A DNA stretch of 62,725 bases, filler included, from Globobulimina sp. (lineage: Eukaryota), in assembly GCA_003354225.1 (NCBI GenBank). It is 30 parts of 30 records of this genome, joined end to end, with 100 filler letters (N's around TTAATTAATTAA, not from the genome) between each part and the next. Parts side by side here need not be neighbours in the genome. Positions count along the whole stretch, not along the records: positions 60,733 to 62,725 come from PIVH01009929.1; 29 more parts are not named here. One strand, given 5' to 3'. How positions within the stretch are numbered: the stretch's first letter is position 1; every line of letters starts with the position of its first letter. The notes below the pieces were generated by a model. The model worked only from the letters and a program-made list of their open reading frames with translations. It was not told the origin of the DNA and did no database searches. Made by a program: the position numbers and the translations under genes. This document shows positions 60,733 through 62,725 of this stretch, one piece after another.

Positions 60733-61886
60733 ATTATTTTATTCATCCATATTTTCAATTTATCAAATCCCGCCACAATACGATGAAAATAAATTCTCTC
60801 CAAACAATTCATGTTTTGTTTAATCAATCTTTCAAAATCTCTCTCGGCGCAGGGTATCCGACCTAAACACAGTTCTTTTAAGTTATTTATTTTCCCATTC
60901 ATTGCATCATATATATATGCATCAAAATGCAATGACTCCAAATTATAATTATTATCACAGACTGATAAACAAATCTTTTTCATCATCTTTTCTTCAGTCA
61001 CGTGGATTGCGATTCCTTTTAATTTTTTGAGAAATTCATAATCGATGTCATAATTCTTAAAAGTAATCCCATTAAATTCAAAGTATTCAAATTTATTTCG
61101 AGTGATTAGTGATAATATTGAAAAATCAATGGGATAATCGAAACCAGCCTCATATTCATTATTGATTAATCGAACAACTTTAATATTTGATAAATGATAA
61201 TATTTATATAAATGATGTAATATCGAATTTATTGCATCAGCACCTCGGTGGCGGTGCCATGGCACTGCAATTCTTAATTGTCGAATATTTGTAAATAAAT
61301 TAGCAAAGTCATCCCAGTCAGATTTAAAACATAAATCATCATCTTCATCATAATCTGGATCCATTCCCATAAAAATGAGAGATGGATCGATGGTCAATGA
61401 ATTGAATAACCTTAATTTTGGTAAATATGTTTCTTTATTTTCATGGCAAAATTTAATTAATTTCATAAAATATTGTCCATTTAATGAATGAATTGGTTTT
61501 ATGGATGAGCGAGAGCCAATGAATATGGCTCGATTACTTTTCTCAAATGGTAATTGATCAGAAAATTCCAGAAAAGATGAAATCTCACAAATCATAACAT
61601 TTGGTAATAAACTCAATTTGATTGGAATCTGTTCATCCAAATCAGAATCAACATCAACATCATCATTATCGCTCTTTATTGCTTTTGGTTTTCGAGATTG
61701 TATAATGTTGGAAATAATACTGTTCATTTTATTGAGATTATCCATTTTATTATGTGTTAACTCCTCAAACAAACCTTTAAATAATAATGTTTCTATCTTG
61801 CTTCTGCCAAATGAAGTAATGCATTGTTTCAATTCCCCATCATTTAATGATTCAATTTGTTGCCGGAATAATATTAACTTTTGCAT
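60733..61886 (-). CDS. F-box-like/LRR protein (3' partial)
   Basis: 'LSLLPNVMICEISSFL..D...E..NR' F-box-like; LxxLxL repeats downstream. Confidence 0.7.
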
Positions 61887-62026
61887 GTTTCAGTTTTACT
61901 GCGAAAATGATTTTAAGAAATTAAGTTTTTAGCCAAGTTTTGTAAATTTACCAAGCTTCCAATTCCAGCGCGACTTTTTATTTGTTATTTTTCGATGCAA
62001 TCTTTTGTTGCCTAGATAGTCAGTGT

Positions 62027-62626
62027 TCATTTTTCCATGTTTTCAGTTGTTTTTATTTCTTTGTTTACAAAAAATGATACAATCATAGACCATACAACAC
62101 TAATTCCCGTAAGATACAATACACGATATCGCGGTGGCAAATACCTAAAATTTATTATCTGCAAAATAGGAATAAAGCTAGCACCCAAACTCCATACTCT
62201 CCACAGATCCTGTTTATATTTGCCAACTATCATTTCCTTTGAACCACCATCAAATATCACACCAAATGCCATGAAACAACCTAAGTTAATGGGCGCAGTT
62301 GTAAACGTTTCCAATATGACTTTCTTGATCACCATTTGATAAGTGATTGCACGGAAATATTTATCCAAAAAGTATTTGTACGATGTATGGAATAAAGGAG
62401 TTGTAATAAATGTATATCCCAATACCATTTTCAATGTTCGCTTTTTATTCCAATTCATTTTGGTGTTTATGTGTTGATAATGTGTTTGTTTATATTTGTG
62501 TTCCAAATATTGAGCTGTTGGGTCAGTAATCAGTAACACACTGCCAGATGTTAGCATTTTTGTTAATAGCGGCCGACGATGTAATGACTGATCATACAAG
62601 CTATATAACCGTCGGATGTACCTCAT
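62027..62626 (-). CDS. MPV17: Mpv17/PMP22 family membrane protein
   Basis: 'YDQSLHRRPLLTKMLTSG..D..AQ', 'KRT', 'KKVILE', 'QIINFRYLPPRYRVLY...W'. Confidence 0.92.
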   Translation of the reverse strand: MRYIRRLYSLYDQSLHRRPLLTKMLTSGSVLLITDPTAQYLEHKYKQTHYQHINTKMNWNKKRTLKMVLGYTFITTPLFHTSYKYFLDKYFRAITYQMVIKKVILETFTTAPINLGCFMAFGVIFDGGSKEMIVGKYKQDLWRVWSLGASFIPILQIINFRYLPPRYRVLYLTGISVVWSMIVSFFVNKEIKTTENMEK

Positions 62627-62725
62627 TTTAATTTAATTCATCCAAAGGAGAGGAGAGGAGAGCATTGATACTTTAAAAACAATTAAATAAATCTTTTTCT
62701 TCGCGTAGTCTGGAAAAATCCGAAT

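Noticed and set aside
435..62339. Numerous short antisense or overlapping ORFs in the track
   Set aside because: They are shadows of recognisable genes on the other strand or frame and have no motifs
1..62725. Alternative genetic code (stop reassignment)
   Set aside because: Well-conserved genes end at TAA, TAG or TGA normally; interruptions are explained by introns or indels
1..62725. rRNA or tRNA genes
   Set aside because: None recognisable by eye; the tRNA-like 3' end at about 14773-14793 (minus strand) lacks a TTC T-loop and a cloverleaf

Overview
This window is not one locus. It is 30 unrelated contigs of 1,993-1,996 bp, sorted by length and joined by an artificial 100-nt spacer (N44-TTAATTAATTAA-N44), so no synteny can be inferred across spacers. 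The DNA is mostly AT-rich eukaryotic nuclear sequence with short GT-AG introns and very short intergenic regions. The gene content suggests a foraminiferan/rhizarian-type protist (inference), and a few higher-GC contigs may come from other organisms. Recognisable genes include an RBR E3 ligase, mitochondrial bL20, a formin, a GH71/GH99-like hydrolase, Med18, an NRT2 nitrate transporter, a CDC123-like ATP-grasp enzyme, alkaline ceramidase, ORC3, AAAP and APC transporters, a Notum/PAE-like protein and Mpv17. Mobile elements include a non-LTR RT, a Gypsy remnant and a MITE. The most notable observations are: (1) three contigs close on themselves with exact 119-bp terminal repeats (about 1.87-kb circles or tandem units), one being host DNA with two genes cut at a junction carrying a templated duplication; (2) a WH2-CDC123-like ATP-grasp fusion; (3) a Merlin-like MITE whose removal restores an ORF; (4) a signal-peptide kinase; (5) an uncharacterised Cys/His domain family. 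Amplification or assembly artefact cannot be excluded for the circles and chimeric junctions.
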